In this document: positions 12,095 through 23,422 of the stretch, piece by piece | Layout: every line of letters begins with the position of its first letter | How positions within the stretch are numbered: the stretch's first letter is position 1 | Source of the DNA: Isurus oxyrinchus | Taxonomy: Eukaryota | NCBI GenBank assembly: GCA_026770705.1 | Contig: JANJGN010000049.1 | Span: 2,604,001 to 2,668,000, forward strand | Direction of reading: 5' to 3' | Length of the DNA stretch: 64,000 nucleotides | The notes under the pieces: generated by a model | The model's database searches: none | Told to the model about the DNA's origin: nothing | What the model saw: only the letters and a program-made list of their open reading frames with translations | Translations under genes and position numbers: made by a program

Positions 12095-14080
12095 CATTTA
12101 TATATATAAATATTTATCCATTTAGCTATTGTCCCTTTAATTCCATGATATATAAGTTTCCTCACAGGTCTGTTGTGTGGCACTGTATCGAACGCCTTTT
12201 GGAAATCCATATAGACCATATCAACGGCCTTGCCCTCATTAACCATCTCTGTTATCTCTTGATAAAAATCCAGTAAGTTAGTTATACAGGATTTTCCTTT
12301 AATAAATCCATGATGACTCTTCCTAATCAATCTACATTATCCCATATGATATTAATTCCATCCAGAATAATTATTTCTAGAAGTTTCCCAACCCCCGAAG
12401 TTAAACTGACTCATCTGTATTTGCAGGGATGACTTTTACAAACTTTTTTGAACAACAGTGTAATATTTGCAATTCTCCAGTCCTTTAACACCTCCTCCAA
12501 TTGTAGAGAACGCTGAAAAATTATTGTCAGTGCCTCTGCAATTCCACTCTCACTCCCATTAATACTCTTGGACGCATCTCACACTGTCCTGGTGCCTTAT
12601 CCACTTTAAGTACCGACAGCTGATGCAATAACTCTTCCTTATCAATTTTAAACCCTTCTAGTGACTAAGTTTCCTCCTCTGTCACCATGGCCTGGGCAGC
12701 ATCTACCTAAAGGTAAAGACGGATGCAAAATATTCATTTAACACCTCAGCCATACCTATTGCCTATCTGCGTAAATCCCCTTTTTGATCCTTAATCTGCC
12801 TATTCCTCCTTTTACAACCTTTTACCGATTGATATGCTTATAGCATACCTTGCGATTTCCTTTTATATTAGCCATCAGTCTTTTTTTCATGATCCCTCTT
12901 TGATTCTCGTATCTGCTTTTACACATCCTTTCTGAACCTTCTGTATTTAGCTTGGTTCTCAAATGTATTTGCTACCCGACACCTGTTGCAAGCACATTTT
13001 TTCTTCCTTAACTTAATTTCTATCTCCTTTGCCATCCAGGGAGTTCTGGACTTGTTTCGCCTGCCCTTCGCTTTTGAGGGAACATACTTTCACTGTGCCG
13101 AAACCATCCCCTCTTTGAAGGTAGCTCATTGTTCAGCTAATGTTTTCCCCACCAACCTTTGGTTCCAGTCTATCAGGCCCAGCCCCATTATTGCCCCATT
13201 GAAGTCCGCTCTCTGCCAGTTGGCTATTCTTACCCTGGATTGATCAATGTCATTTTCCAGCGTCATCCTAAACCTTATGATACTATGATCACTGTCCACT
13301 AAATGCTCCCCTACTGTCAATTTATTTACTTGGCCCACGTCACTCCCAAGAACCAGGTCTAGCAGTGCCTCCATTCTTCTTGCACTGGACACACACTGCC
13401 GTAGGAAATTCTCCAGAGTATAATCTAGGAATGCTGCTCCCTCACTGCCCCTTACGGTCCCACTATCCCAGTATATATTCGGGTAATGAACCCCTCCCCC
13501 ATCTATTATAACTACTCGATGATGTTTGCATCTCTGTTATTTCCTTGCTCCTCTCTATCTCCCCACTAGCTATTGCGGTCTGTACATTACAACCAGCGAT
13601 GTAATTGCACCCTTCTTATTCCTTTACTCCAGCAAAATTGATTCTGTCCTTGAATCGCCTGACACATTCTTTTTTTCCAGTAATGCAATACTCTCCTTAA
13701 ACAAAAACGCCACCATGACCCCGCCTCCATTTTGTGTTCTTTCCTGTCCTTTCTGAACATCTTGTAACTAGGAATATTTAACACCCAATTCTGTCCTTCC
13801 TTAAGCTATGTCTCCATTATCGCCCTAACATCATAATACCACAAGACAATCTGTGCCTGTAACTCCCAAATTGTATTAACTATACTCCATGTACATACTT
13901 GTAGTGCATTGCTGATTTAGAATTCATTGCTTGGTCCCTTATCCTGACTCCATCTATTAACTGACTATTCCCTCTTTTAGAGTTAGCTGCCTCTCCCAGA
14001 ATGCCATTACCCTGGTATAACTTTCTGAAATTCTCTCCTTGTTCCCACGCTCCTCCTGAGTTAGTTTAACTCTCCCCAAC
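12095..14080 (-). mobile_element. CR1-type LINE ORF2 remnant (endonuclease + RT N-terminal part)
   Basis: Peptides LLDLVLGSD...EHLVDSDHSIIRF (APE) and HGFIKGKSCITNLLDF...VYMDFQKAFDTVPH (RT), with multiple stops and frameshifts. Confidence 0.9.
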
Positions 14081-14567
14081 AGCAAAACCAATAATGTTCT
14101 TTAGTTCGAAAAACCCAATATTGCTGGAAATCTGAAACAAAAATGAAAAGAAAACATTCAAAATGTTTAGCTAAAGTGTTTCTATTTCCTGGGCAATATG
14201 TGTCCCTGAACAAACAGAATGAAAACAATAAATAAATAAATAAATCCTGTTAGCATCATGTTCCAGTTTCTAGGAGACTGTTGTGCAACACATCGCTGCT
14301 GAATATTCTACTTTACGACAATGAGCACATTTCCAATGTCATTCATTGGCTGCTAAGTGTTTTGGGAGAATCTGACGCTGGGGAAGACGCTGTATAAATG
14401 AAGGGATTTCTTCAGTGTGTTTTTGTTTCCTTTGGAAGGAAACACAAACGGGCAAGTTGGCAAATGGGACACATTCTCTGACTTTTAATCAATCCAAAGT
14501 ATTTCTTGGTTTGGACAGAGATTGGCACCAAAAATGGACTTGATCTTTCTCGGGTTGTGTCTCTTAC

Positions 14568-14879
14568 CCTCAGGTTTGGTGATGTTTCGGCTTTGAGTGA
14601 CCCCTTTATGAGTAACCTGGCAGGTATAGAGCGGGTGACTGAACCAGTCCCCAGCGGGGACTGTCAACCGACTGGTCGCCGAGAAGTTCCCGTTCACTTC
14701 AAAGCCGGGAGAGGTGACGAAGCCCGAGGCCATGGCCTGTCCATTCTTCAGCCATTTCATGTTGATTGAATTTGGACGGAAATCAACGATTGAACAGACG
14801 ATGGTTGCAAATCTGCTGCTTGTGATTTCTTCACTGGGGCTCACGGTGAGGAGAACAGTCAGATGATGCACCACAATTC
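14568..14879 (-). CDS. IGHM: Cmu2 exon ([29 protein letters not shown]...[20 protein letters not shown])
   Basis: Acceptor ttttcttgcag|GA, 312 nt open frame, donor G|GTAAGA. Confidence 0.95.
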
Positions 14880-14959
14880 CTGCAAGAAAATTCATATTAT
14901 TAGGAATTAATTTTGCTTCAAACCAAACAATTAAAAACTGTAAAACTATTTACATAAAA

Positions 14960-15720
14960 ACCACAGGATGGAACCAGGTCAGCCGGCCCCATAGTTCAAT
15001 GCGGGAGTTTAGGATCCACAAGAACATCCTCTCGCCCTATTTCACCTCACAGTAGAAAAAAAAATCTCCTTTACAATCTCCCTCATGTATCTATTAAGAT
15101 TCCCCTGAACAGGGTCTTGGTAACGTCTCACCTACAGCAATTCCCACATGCTGCTCACTCTTTGTGTAAAGAAGATTCGGAATAGCCAATCATTTCTTTT
15201 TAGCATTCTCTTGTAAACATGAACTCTAATTCTTGTCTAATATATCAAATTATTTCAAAAGTCTGAGGACCTTTATTTGGTCACACCACAATTTTTTATT
15301 TTGTAGAGAATAGACCACCAGCCTATTCGCTGTTATTTGATAGAAGTAACCTATCAGCTCTGGTAATGTCCTTGTAATTAGTTTAGCTCCTATTGCAACG
15401 CCCCTGTAACATTCTCCTTATGTGGAAACGAGAACTACATACAATATATTCGGTATGATATGGAGGGGATAACTGCACACAGTACACCTATTGTGATGTG
15501 GAGACCTGAATTATACACAGTACACTACGTTATGATGTGGAGAACAAAACTGTCCACATTACAATAACTGTGATGCGGAGATCAGAGCTGTGCATATCAC
15601 ACTATGTGTGATGTGGAGGCCAGAACTCTACACAATCCACTAAGTGTGATGTGGAGAATACAGGCATCCACAATGCACTAAGTGTGATATGGGCACCTGA
15701 ACTATACACAATACTCCCAT
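14960..15720 (-). mobile_element. Degraded CR1 3' remnant ending in an ~38-bp tandem array (15421-15720)
   Basis: About 8 units like TGTGATGTGGAGACCAGAACTxCACACAxTxCACTAA. Confidence 0.6.
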
Positions 15721-15828
15721 TCCATTCTAACCCATGTGATACAGAATTTGAACATAACTCATTTGCTGACCACATTCACCCTTCACTCAGCCCCGCCACT
15801 GCCGCCATGTGCATCCCACAACACGAAC

Positions 15829-16128
15829 CTGGCATTTCCTTCCGCCAGACCGAGTCGCTCCGTTGAACCTCGCAGTAGATTTTGCTGCTTCCCACCTCGG
15901 ATTCGGTGATGATTAACTGGCTGCTCAGGGAGTAGGTTCCCTTCTTGTTCAGCACTGATGGGTAAGTCTTCAATCCAGCTGTGATCGTCTCTTGATCTTT
16001 CTTCCAGGAAACACTAGTGATTTCGGGGGAGTAGTCTGCAGCCAAACAGCCGTAGGTGACGGAGCCGGCAGTGTTTGCTTGTTCACAGGAGGAGAGCAGA
16101 GTGTAGAGGGTGGGGGGAGACGGTGTCA
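15829..16128 (-). CDS. IGHM: Cmu1 exon ([17 protein letters not shown]...[19 protein letters not shown]...[18 protein letters not shown])
   Basis: Acceptor ctttcccag|TG, 300 nt, donor CAG|GTTCGT. C1-set Cys/Trp/Cys plus the light-chain-bonding Cys. Closely resembles shark IgM CH1 as I recall it. Confidence 0.95.
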
Positions 16129-16914
16129 CTGGGAAAGAAGAGTCAATCGAACAAGTTAAAAATTTGATTCGTGGTTATGAAATAAGCAAATTGTTCGAAG
16201 TTTAATATTGGTATCATTTATTTCCAAAATACCCTGGTCATAAACTGCATTTAGGAGTTGATACGTCCGACGGGACACCCCGCCATGATAGCCAGTCTTG
16301 TACACAAGATGAGGCACAAGTCGGAAAAGGGAAATACTGCCCATGAGGCCACATAATTGCGAGTGAAATAAGGGATATTGTAACCTGGGCTTCCTCCAGC
16401 CCTTGCTCCTCTGTTTAGGAAAACATCAATCATTCCTCAAACACTTTCACTTTAGACCCTCCCACATTATTTTCACTGAGCTCTCGCTTAAAGTATTTTA
16501 CTATCAACCTCTTCTCACCAGCAAATGACTAATTTAATGCAGTAACATTTACCTATCTCTGGGCCAGGATGGCTGATTATCTTCCATGAAAGACATCAGT
16601 GGGCCAGAGAGGTTTTTACACTAATCTATTATAGTTTCATGATCAACATGTTGGTGTTTTCAGGGGATAAACTTGGATGATGCTTGGCAGCATTTGCTCT
16701 AAAGATTATGTAACTCCGACCGGTGGATCGACTTGTTTCATTAATTACAGACACATTTTTAGCACTTTTATAAAACATGACCCAGAGTTGTTCAATGAGA
16801 CCATTTGATAGCATGCCCGGTTGGCTTTCAGCCAATCACAATTCCGAATTAACTCTCCAAAATTGCCAATCTTCAATGATGTTTACAAATAATCCATTAA
16901 GATCAACTACTTTG

Positions 16915-17270
16915 GTTAGATAAACAGAGAGATAGATATCTAGCTAGACAGAAATTTAAAGAGATAGATAGATCGGTAGATAGAGAGTTAAATAGATAGT
17001 TAGGCAGAGTTAAAGAGATAGATAGTTAANNNNNNNNNNNNNNNNNNNNNNNNNNNNNNNNNNNNNNNNNNNNNNNNNNNNNNNNNNNNNNNNNNNNNNN
17101 NNNNNNNNNNNNNNNNNNNNNNNNNNNNNNNNNNNNNNNNNNNNNNNNNNNNNNNNNNNNNNNNNGAGATAGGTATAGAGATAGTGATCGACAAATAGAG
17201 ACAGACATACAGATAGACAGATAGATAGATAGACCGTTCAATCTATCGATCTTTGCATCGATGGATGGAA
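16915..17270. repeat. (GATA)n/(GACA)n microsatellite with N run 17030-17165 in the J-Cmu1 intron
   Basis: Directly visible. Confidence 0.9.
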
Positions 17271-19478
17271 AAATGGATGCATGAATATATACATGGGCAG
17301 AAAAAGGCGATTCATCTACACTGCCCAATCAAATGTTCACAGTTCACAGATTGAACTGATTAGATAGAAGAGAGAAGAACATTGAATTTCTGCATCAAAC
17401 CCATCGTCCTAGTAAAGCCCTTAGCACAAGAGTAAAACTACCTCTATGATAGTTCATCAAATACCGTTAAGACGCTTGGGATCGGGACGTGCATTAAATT
17501 AAGTTAAATTCATATTTTGCCAGCTTTCATTCCCACCGTAGATTGTATGAGACATGGAGTAAGGCACCATACTGTCCATTTAAGCTGCACAATTTAATTC
17601 CAGATTCGATTATATCGCAGAAGGTAACGTTACAGTCACTTCCTGTAACTGTCCTGAAATTGTGCTTTAGATCAGGTCAAACTGATTCAAATATTAACTG
17701 ATATTGAAAATGTTTAACCATCATCCCTTCATCACAAACTTGGCTTTTTTTTCCGAATGAAATGTACATTAAATTAACGATCTGCTACTTCATTGAAGCA
17801 ATTGAATCATTTACTTTTGCATACTTAGTTCGGAGCACTCAGTATGCTTGATACTGATTAAAGTTCCTTGAACATTGATAATGCCAATACTCTCATGTCA
17901 GATACAGAACAGTTGAATTATACCTAAACTCTATTTGCACAGTCCTGTGAAGCGCTGTATTTCATGAATAGTAACAGTGGGATGCATTCTAAAATACCCT
18001 CTATACTGCACTTCTCATTAAAACTTGCGCTTAGACTGAACCACCAACAAATCCCGGTTCTGATACAACAAACACTGAACAGAGTGTTTCTACCTTTCTA
18101 CACTTTGCATTCCTTCTGAATTCCACAAACTGGGATACTGATCTTATTTCTGATTCAGCTTCTCAAACTTAAGGACAGATTTGCACCTTTCTTGGAGATA
18201 AAAACTGCTTAATTAAATTATTAGAAATGAATTCCCTGAAATACAGGAGAATGAACCAGAAAGTTCACAACCAACCAGGAGGTGCCTGATTCTCACACAA
18301 TGACCACACAAATAGAAACAGAACAGACATAAACAATACAAAAATAATTCTCTTAAAGATAGATTTCTCCAGTATCCATTAATCCATTTGATTGATTAAA
18401 ACTTTTGTAAATTTACTTTCACGTCACTTCTCTGAAATTAAGCTGATTCTACATTGAAAAGCTCTCTTTGACGGGCTGCAATTTCTCCCTGTCTGTGTGC
18501 AGTTTTCACAACAGCCTTAGAGTTAGTTTGGCTGAGAACAGGTACATCAAAATAATTTACATTCATGGTAATTTATGTCTATAACAGGGACATTGTAACA
18601 GAGCAAGAATTTAACAAATCGTTAGATATTTACACTGAAGTCCAATTATTCACTGACATTATTTCAGAATTATGTGTAAGCATTGAAACTGCTGAGGCAA
18701 AACACGAAGGTAATTAATAAAATTGTACAGCAATATCCAATGGAGCTGAAGGCAGTTGAGTAAGAAACATGTTGCTTTCCAAGTTAATTGAAAATAATTT
18801 TAAAAATTCTCCAACCTTGAGTTTTAACTTTAATCCTGGACTCAGCGCAGCATATTTGAGAGATTTTTTTTGCAATGGATTTGCACTTATCTTATATTCT
18901 ATTTTCACGTTGTTGACATTTTACCCTATTATGCCAAATTAGTTAATAATGTTATTCTTCTTCTGATTTGTCTCTTGTTAATAATAGGCTTAATTAAATT
19001 AAGGTAACACTTCTTAAATTAAACAAATAACATCCATACACATTCGGACATATATATTATTTTACTTTTAATAAATTAAGATGATAAAAAATCTATAAGA
19101 ATGTGCTCCTCTACCTACACCCGTGTCAGCTTTTCATGTTTGTGACTATGTTGGCACAACATAAAAGCTCTTCTGTTCTAAACGTGCATTTCACATGATA
19201 GATTTATAAGTGGGGAACTTAAAATTGTTCAAACACTATCTGGGTGATCACCTTGGTAATAAAAAATGGAGTGCAACACCCTCTAGTCACTAAAGCAGGA
19301 CTCCGGAGTTGAAATGTCATCCCACAATTCAACAGCAGTTTTAGTTTTAATAATTAAAATAGCTCTGGCAGTTTGTCGCCATTTTCGGAACCTCCCATAG
19401 ATAATAGTAAAGCCAAGCTTCGACAAAACATTCCCGTAATCCACACAATGCACGTAAATCAGTTTTAAATATATAATG

Positions 19479-19671
19479 AAAATAAAATGCTGTGGATGCT
19501 AGAAATCTGATAAAAAACGGAACATGCTGGCAAAACTCAGCACGTCTGGCAGCATCAGTGGAGAGAGAAACAGAGTTAACGTTTCGAATCCGTATGAATC
19601 TTCTTCAGGTCTCTGCTTCTCCATGGACAGATGCTGTCAGGCCTGCTGAGTATTTTTTTCAGCATTTTCTG
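19479..19671. mobile_element. Short fold-back element (Penelope-like derived) with a 15-bp TSD
   Basis: TTTAAATATATAATG duplicated at 19464-19478 and 19672-19686. Imperfect inverted arms (ctcagca.gtctggcagcatc / gatgctgtcaggcctgctgag). Hammerhead-like core on the minus strand. Confidence 0.8.
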
Positions 19672-21588
19672 TTTAAATATATAATGCTACTTATTGAAAT
19701 TAAGATCCACAATCATCAATGTAGAACTGAGAGATAACAATTCCTCTGCATCACTTGAGATACTGAAACTCATCGAGCAAAAAGAACAACGATTTTAATG
19801 AGAATTAAAGGCCCCCATTTAATTCAACCCGTATATCTCACAGCTTTGCAAGATTGATTGTTGTTCTTCAATTCAGAAGTTACATTTGTAATTAACTGTT
19901 TCGATTGCAATGTTTGTCCATATTCAGCCTTATGCATTCTGAACTTTCTCTGACTTTGAATAGAATTATTGAGCAATTCCTTAACTGCAAACTATTTAGG
20001 ATTGGCTTAGTGATAATGGGCTACACCAAAATTGAAGGAACAGCGCTGTTTGGCTGCACAGCAAAGGTTCAGCAACCCGGCAAATATATGAAATTAGCTT
20101 GCTTCAATTTACAAAACGCATTTAATATTGATAATTAATTAGCACCTTTCAACCTGTGTAAACCAGGGAGGAAACAATTAATTTAAAATCCCTGTTTGAC
20201 CTAAACACTGCAGTGCGATCAGTGTGTATTATAATTTAAAAAAAAACAATGGAAATTGCTGGAACCTCTGCATTTGTCCTATTGATATTAAATGTGCTGT
20301 GTTTGCAGCTTAGTTGTGGATGGCACAGATTATCTGCTAAATGTCTAACAATACTATTTTTTATTGTAATCTTGGGAAATATTGCCGCGTTATAACCGTT
20401 TGAGTTATATTCATTTAACTCCCCATCACCGTTCAAGTTGGCTGTTTACGTCCTTTAACATTGCATTATTACCTCAAGTATTAAATAGGAATATCGGAAA
20501 CAAAATATTAATTTTTGAATCTGCAGTTAGCACTGAAATAAACATACATCAATATATCTATCAATATTGATTAAAAAGCCTGCCTGCTTTATAACTATAG
20601 ACCTCCTTCACAATGGTTTAAGCACATAACCAACACACGGTAGATGTGATCGACATTACACGTTGTAGAATCAATAAACAGGTCCACGAGCTTTAACTGT
20701 TCAAAGTAACCCAGGGTCATACTCTCCTCAGCACTTAGCACCAAATCACAACACCGAGGGAGTGAATCCAACAACTGCTTAATTACCTAAGTCTTTTCAG
20801 CAGAATCAGGTACAACATTTCAAATAAACCTCAATACATCGCATCGAAATCGCCTTTCATTGAACAAGTCATTTATTAAAATAAACAGAAGCATGAAACA
20901 ATGGCAGAAGAATTGTACTTCGATGCATCATGTTTAATGCATTGTGTTTATTTTCACTTTATATTTTCGTAATATCTGGCGATATTACTGCATTTTAATC
21001 TTTCAAGTTGTGTTCATTTAAACATGACCCAGGCAGCAATTTTTTAACTCTGTTGTTCTCAGTTATCATAGCATTTCACTTATTGAAGATGAACGTTGGT
21101 CAACATTATATTGATATTTTCCAGCGCAGTTAAACACAAATAAACATGACAAACATTTATTTTAAAACCCATAGTTTAATATGACATTTTTGACCTTGAT
21201 AGCACTCGGTTTCCTGTCTACAATCTTATTTCCAACACTTTTAAACACAATGTTTTCAGTCGATTAGAAAACTTGCAGCGATCAGATATCACCGACATTA
21301 AACATGGTAGAAACACCAAACTGTTTAACAAAACTCAGGTATTTAAACCAGGCACAAAGCCTCATCAGCAGATAAAAGGCAAATCACACAAACAAGTCTT
21401 TAAAACTCCCATAGCTTTTTTTTTGGCCGAGAAGCAGGAGAATTGTTCAATCCCTTTGCAGAATAATTAAATGCAACATTGTAAACACAGAATGCAAAGT
21501 TTCGGTTAACACTTTAATGACTAAACTAAACAGAAATGTGAAACAATAAAGTAAATCCAACAGCACAGAATGAAGGCATGTTTCTTAC

Positions 21589-21636
21589 CTGCAGTCACCG
21601 TCACCATGGTTCCTTGGCCCCAATAGTCAACACAGT
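21589..21636 (-). CDS. IGHJ: JH segment (CVDYWGQGTMVTVTA)
   Basis: WGxG motif and phase-1 donor GCAG|GTAAGA. Confidence 0.96.
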
Positions 21637-21675
21637 CACAGTGTTACATTCGCTGATCTGGGTCACAAAATAACC
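21637..21675 (-). promoter_or_regulatory. J 5' RSS (23-bp class)
   Basis: Plus strand: CACAGTG (21637-21643), then the nonamer-like ACAAAATAACC (21665-21675), giving a spacer of 21-23 bp depending on register. Confidence 0.85.
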
Positions 21676-21997
21676 AGTCCGCACACAAGGGGAGAAATTC
21701 AATATTAATTATATGTTACAAACCGATTAGCAAAGTAAAATCATGATCGATTTTATCAAAAAAGTAAAATTGTGAAACATTTTTAAAACTTTATAAATTA
21801 CACTGTTTTATTTGTATTTCGCAGAGTAACTGATGATCATGCATTGAAATCAACAACCATTGATTTAATAATTAACACTTTAGCACCTCTTGGAACCTGT
21901 CAACTGGGGAGTTCCAGGTACAGATAGGGCTTTGTTTAATTTAGTTGTAAAGTAAGAAAAATGCATTGACCCAAATACAGTCAATTAGCCCCGATGA

Positions 21998-22064
21998 GGT
22001 TTTTGCATTAACAGTAACGGCTGTGCCATCCTGTATCACTGTGAGACGCACCGTGTCCGAAACT
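21998..22064 (-). other. IGHD: D2 segment ATACAGGATGG (22036-22026) with 12/12 RSSs
   Basis: Plus strand: GGTTTTTGC-12bp-GGCTGTG [D] CACTGTG-12bp-TCCGAAACT. Confidence 0.9.
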
Positions 22065-22380
22065 GCGGCGGACTGTTAAATGTGAAATACAGAGATTCAA
22101 ATCCACAGCGGTCTGAGAAAACTGATTCTGAATACTCTAGGAATATATCACTGTGATATTTCTATTAATATTTGTCATTATGTGTATAAAACGGATCGAA
22201 ATCCGCCTTTAACATGTGTGCCCCTATTTAGCAAGACAATCAAAATTAGTAAATACGAAGACTTTTATACATTTTTCGTAATTCAGTGTTTCTTCAAAAC
22301 CCTTATTGTTGGTCATATTTATTTTCTTTGACTTTCTTGCTGTGATACTGATCGCAGATTAGATCAAAGTCCCTCTCTGG

Positions 22381-22459
22381 GGTATTTGTATGAGGAGTTC
22401 GCTATACACAGCACCGTGATCCCCATAGTACCACAGTGACACGAGCCAGCACAGATACT
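22381..22459 (-). other. IGHD: D1 segment GTACTATGGGGAT (22431-22419) with 12-bp 5' RSS and 22-bp 3' RSS
   Basis: Plus strand: GGTATTTGT-22bp-CACCGTG [D] CACAGTG-12bp-ACAGATACT. Confidence 0.92.
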
Positions 22460-22813
22460 GCTCTCACTCACTGATTGTTGCTGTAAGAAATAAAACCTTT
22501 CAGTCAGCAGAAGATTTGCAGATTTTGATTACAATTCATCCATGAGTTTTACTCAGGAGCAGAACTTTAGGCTAAAATTATCCCCATTCACAAAATAATT
22601 TGTCAATATTTCCGTTTGGCTCCTAGTCATCAGTTGTGCACATTCTAAGCGGTAACTATGCTCTTTAATATACAGAGTTAGTCAACCTTTTGCTTTTATT
22701 CTTCATCAGGTAATTGCTTTGGAAAATAGAACTCTTCAATCGAGTTTCAAACAGATCACTTAACCTACTTTGAGCTAATACTGACCTATGATACACTGTA
22801 ATTATTCCTCTGT

Positions 22814-22852
22814 GGTTTCTGTCGGAGCTCTGGGCTTGTTCAGGTCGCTGTG
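22814..22852 (-). promoter_or_regulatory. V 3' RSS (23-bp spacer)
   Basis: Heptamer CACAGCG (22852-22846), 23 bp, nonamer ACAGAAACC (22822-22814). Confidence 0.93.
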
Positions 22853-23154
22853 GTCGTTTGCACAGTAATACCTTGCGGTGTCTTCGGGTCTCAGATTTTT
22901 GATCTCAATGTAAGTTGTGGACGAAGTTCTTGATGGGATGATTCGATCTTCGACTCCAGGCGCGTAATACATGGTTTCCGAGGGTTTTCTGTAAGCAAGG
23001 AGCCACTCCAGCCCTTTCCCAGGAGCTTGTTTAACCCAGCTCACGTAGTAGCTGTCCAAACTGAACCCGCTCACTGAACAGGACAGTTTGCGAGATTGTC
23101 CGGACTTAGCGGTCTCTGAAGCCGGCTGGGTCAGCACGATGGCGGATTGGACAT
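22853..23154 (-). CDS. IGHV: Ig heavy V exon, open frame, IgW-like (YVQS/AIVLTQPASE...CSVSGFSLDSYYVSWVKQAPGKGLEWLLAYRKP...EDTARYYCAND)
   Basis: Acceptor ttcgctaacag|AT. Canonical Cys, Trp, GLEW and DTAxYYC motifs. Followed directly by an RSS. Confidence 0.97.
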
Positions 23155-23278
23155 CTGTTAGCGAATGGAAAAATGTAATTACATAAGAAAACAATCAAAT
23201 CAGTGAATTGAAATAACAATGTGATGTCAGACAAGAAGCAGACTTCTATTGTATCTCTTATACAGTCGGGGTACTTAC

Positions 23279-23324
23279 AGGTGGAGCAAGCCAATAAGAA
23301 GCAAAGGCACAGCACAAATCCCAT
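23279..23324 (-). CDS. IGHV: Ig VH leader exon (MGFVLCLCFLLACST+T)
   Basis: ATG, hydrophobic signal peptide, phase-1 donor T|GTAAGT and a 124-nt intron to the V exon. Confidence 0.93.
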
Positions 23325-23414
23325 CCTCAGTCTCTGGCTATAACTGACTTGGGAGCGTTACTGTCCGTCACAGCGACACCTGTGGATTGTGAACCAGGAG
23401 CTGAACCGTCTCGC

Positions 23415-23422
23415 TATTTATA
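23415..23422 (-). promoter_or_regulatory. TATA box of the VH promoter
   Basis: TATAAATA on the minus strand about 90 nt upstream of the leader ATG (23324). No ATGCAAAT octamer seen nearby. A (GA)n run lies at about 23440-23462. Confidence 0.75.

Larger units (their letters stand above)
4170..23324 (-). other. IGH: Cluster-type immunoglobulin heavy-chain locus, germline L-V-D-D-J-Cmu1-4-sec-TM1 (cartilaginous fish organisation)
   Basis: All segments are co-oriented on the minus strand with phase-1 splice junctions and 12/23-compatible RSSs. There is a single V, two D and one J within 1.8 kb, then mu constant exons. Confidence 0.97.

Noticed and set aside
15776-15828. Read-through of the weak Cmu1 donor giving a [17 protein letters not shown] tail (secreted Fab-like chain)
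   Set aside because: The donor CAG|GTTCGT is usable and no nearby polyA signal was seen. A short intron read-through is expected by chance.
16129-21588. Tetrapod-type switch region in the J-C intron
   Set aside because: No tandem AGCT/GGGGT-rich array is visible. The intron is AT-rich apart from GATA repeats.
22861-22867. Cryptic heptamer TACTGTG at the V 3' end (VH replacement site)
   Set aside because: An obligatory result of Tyr-Cys-Ala codons in nearly all VH genes, and there is no upstream donor V in this window.
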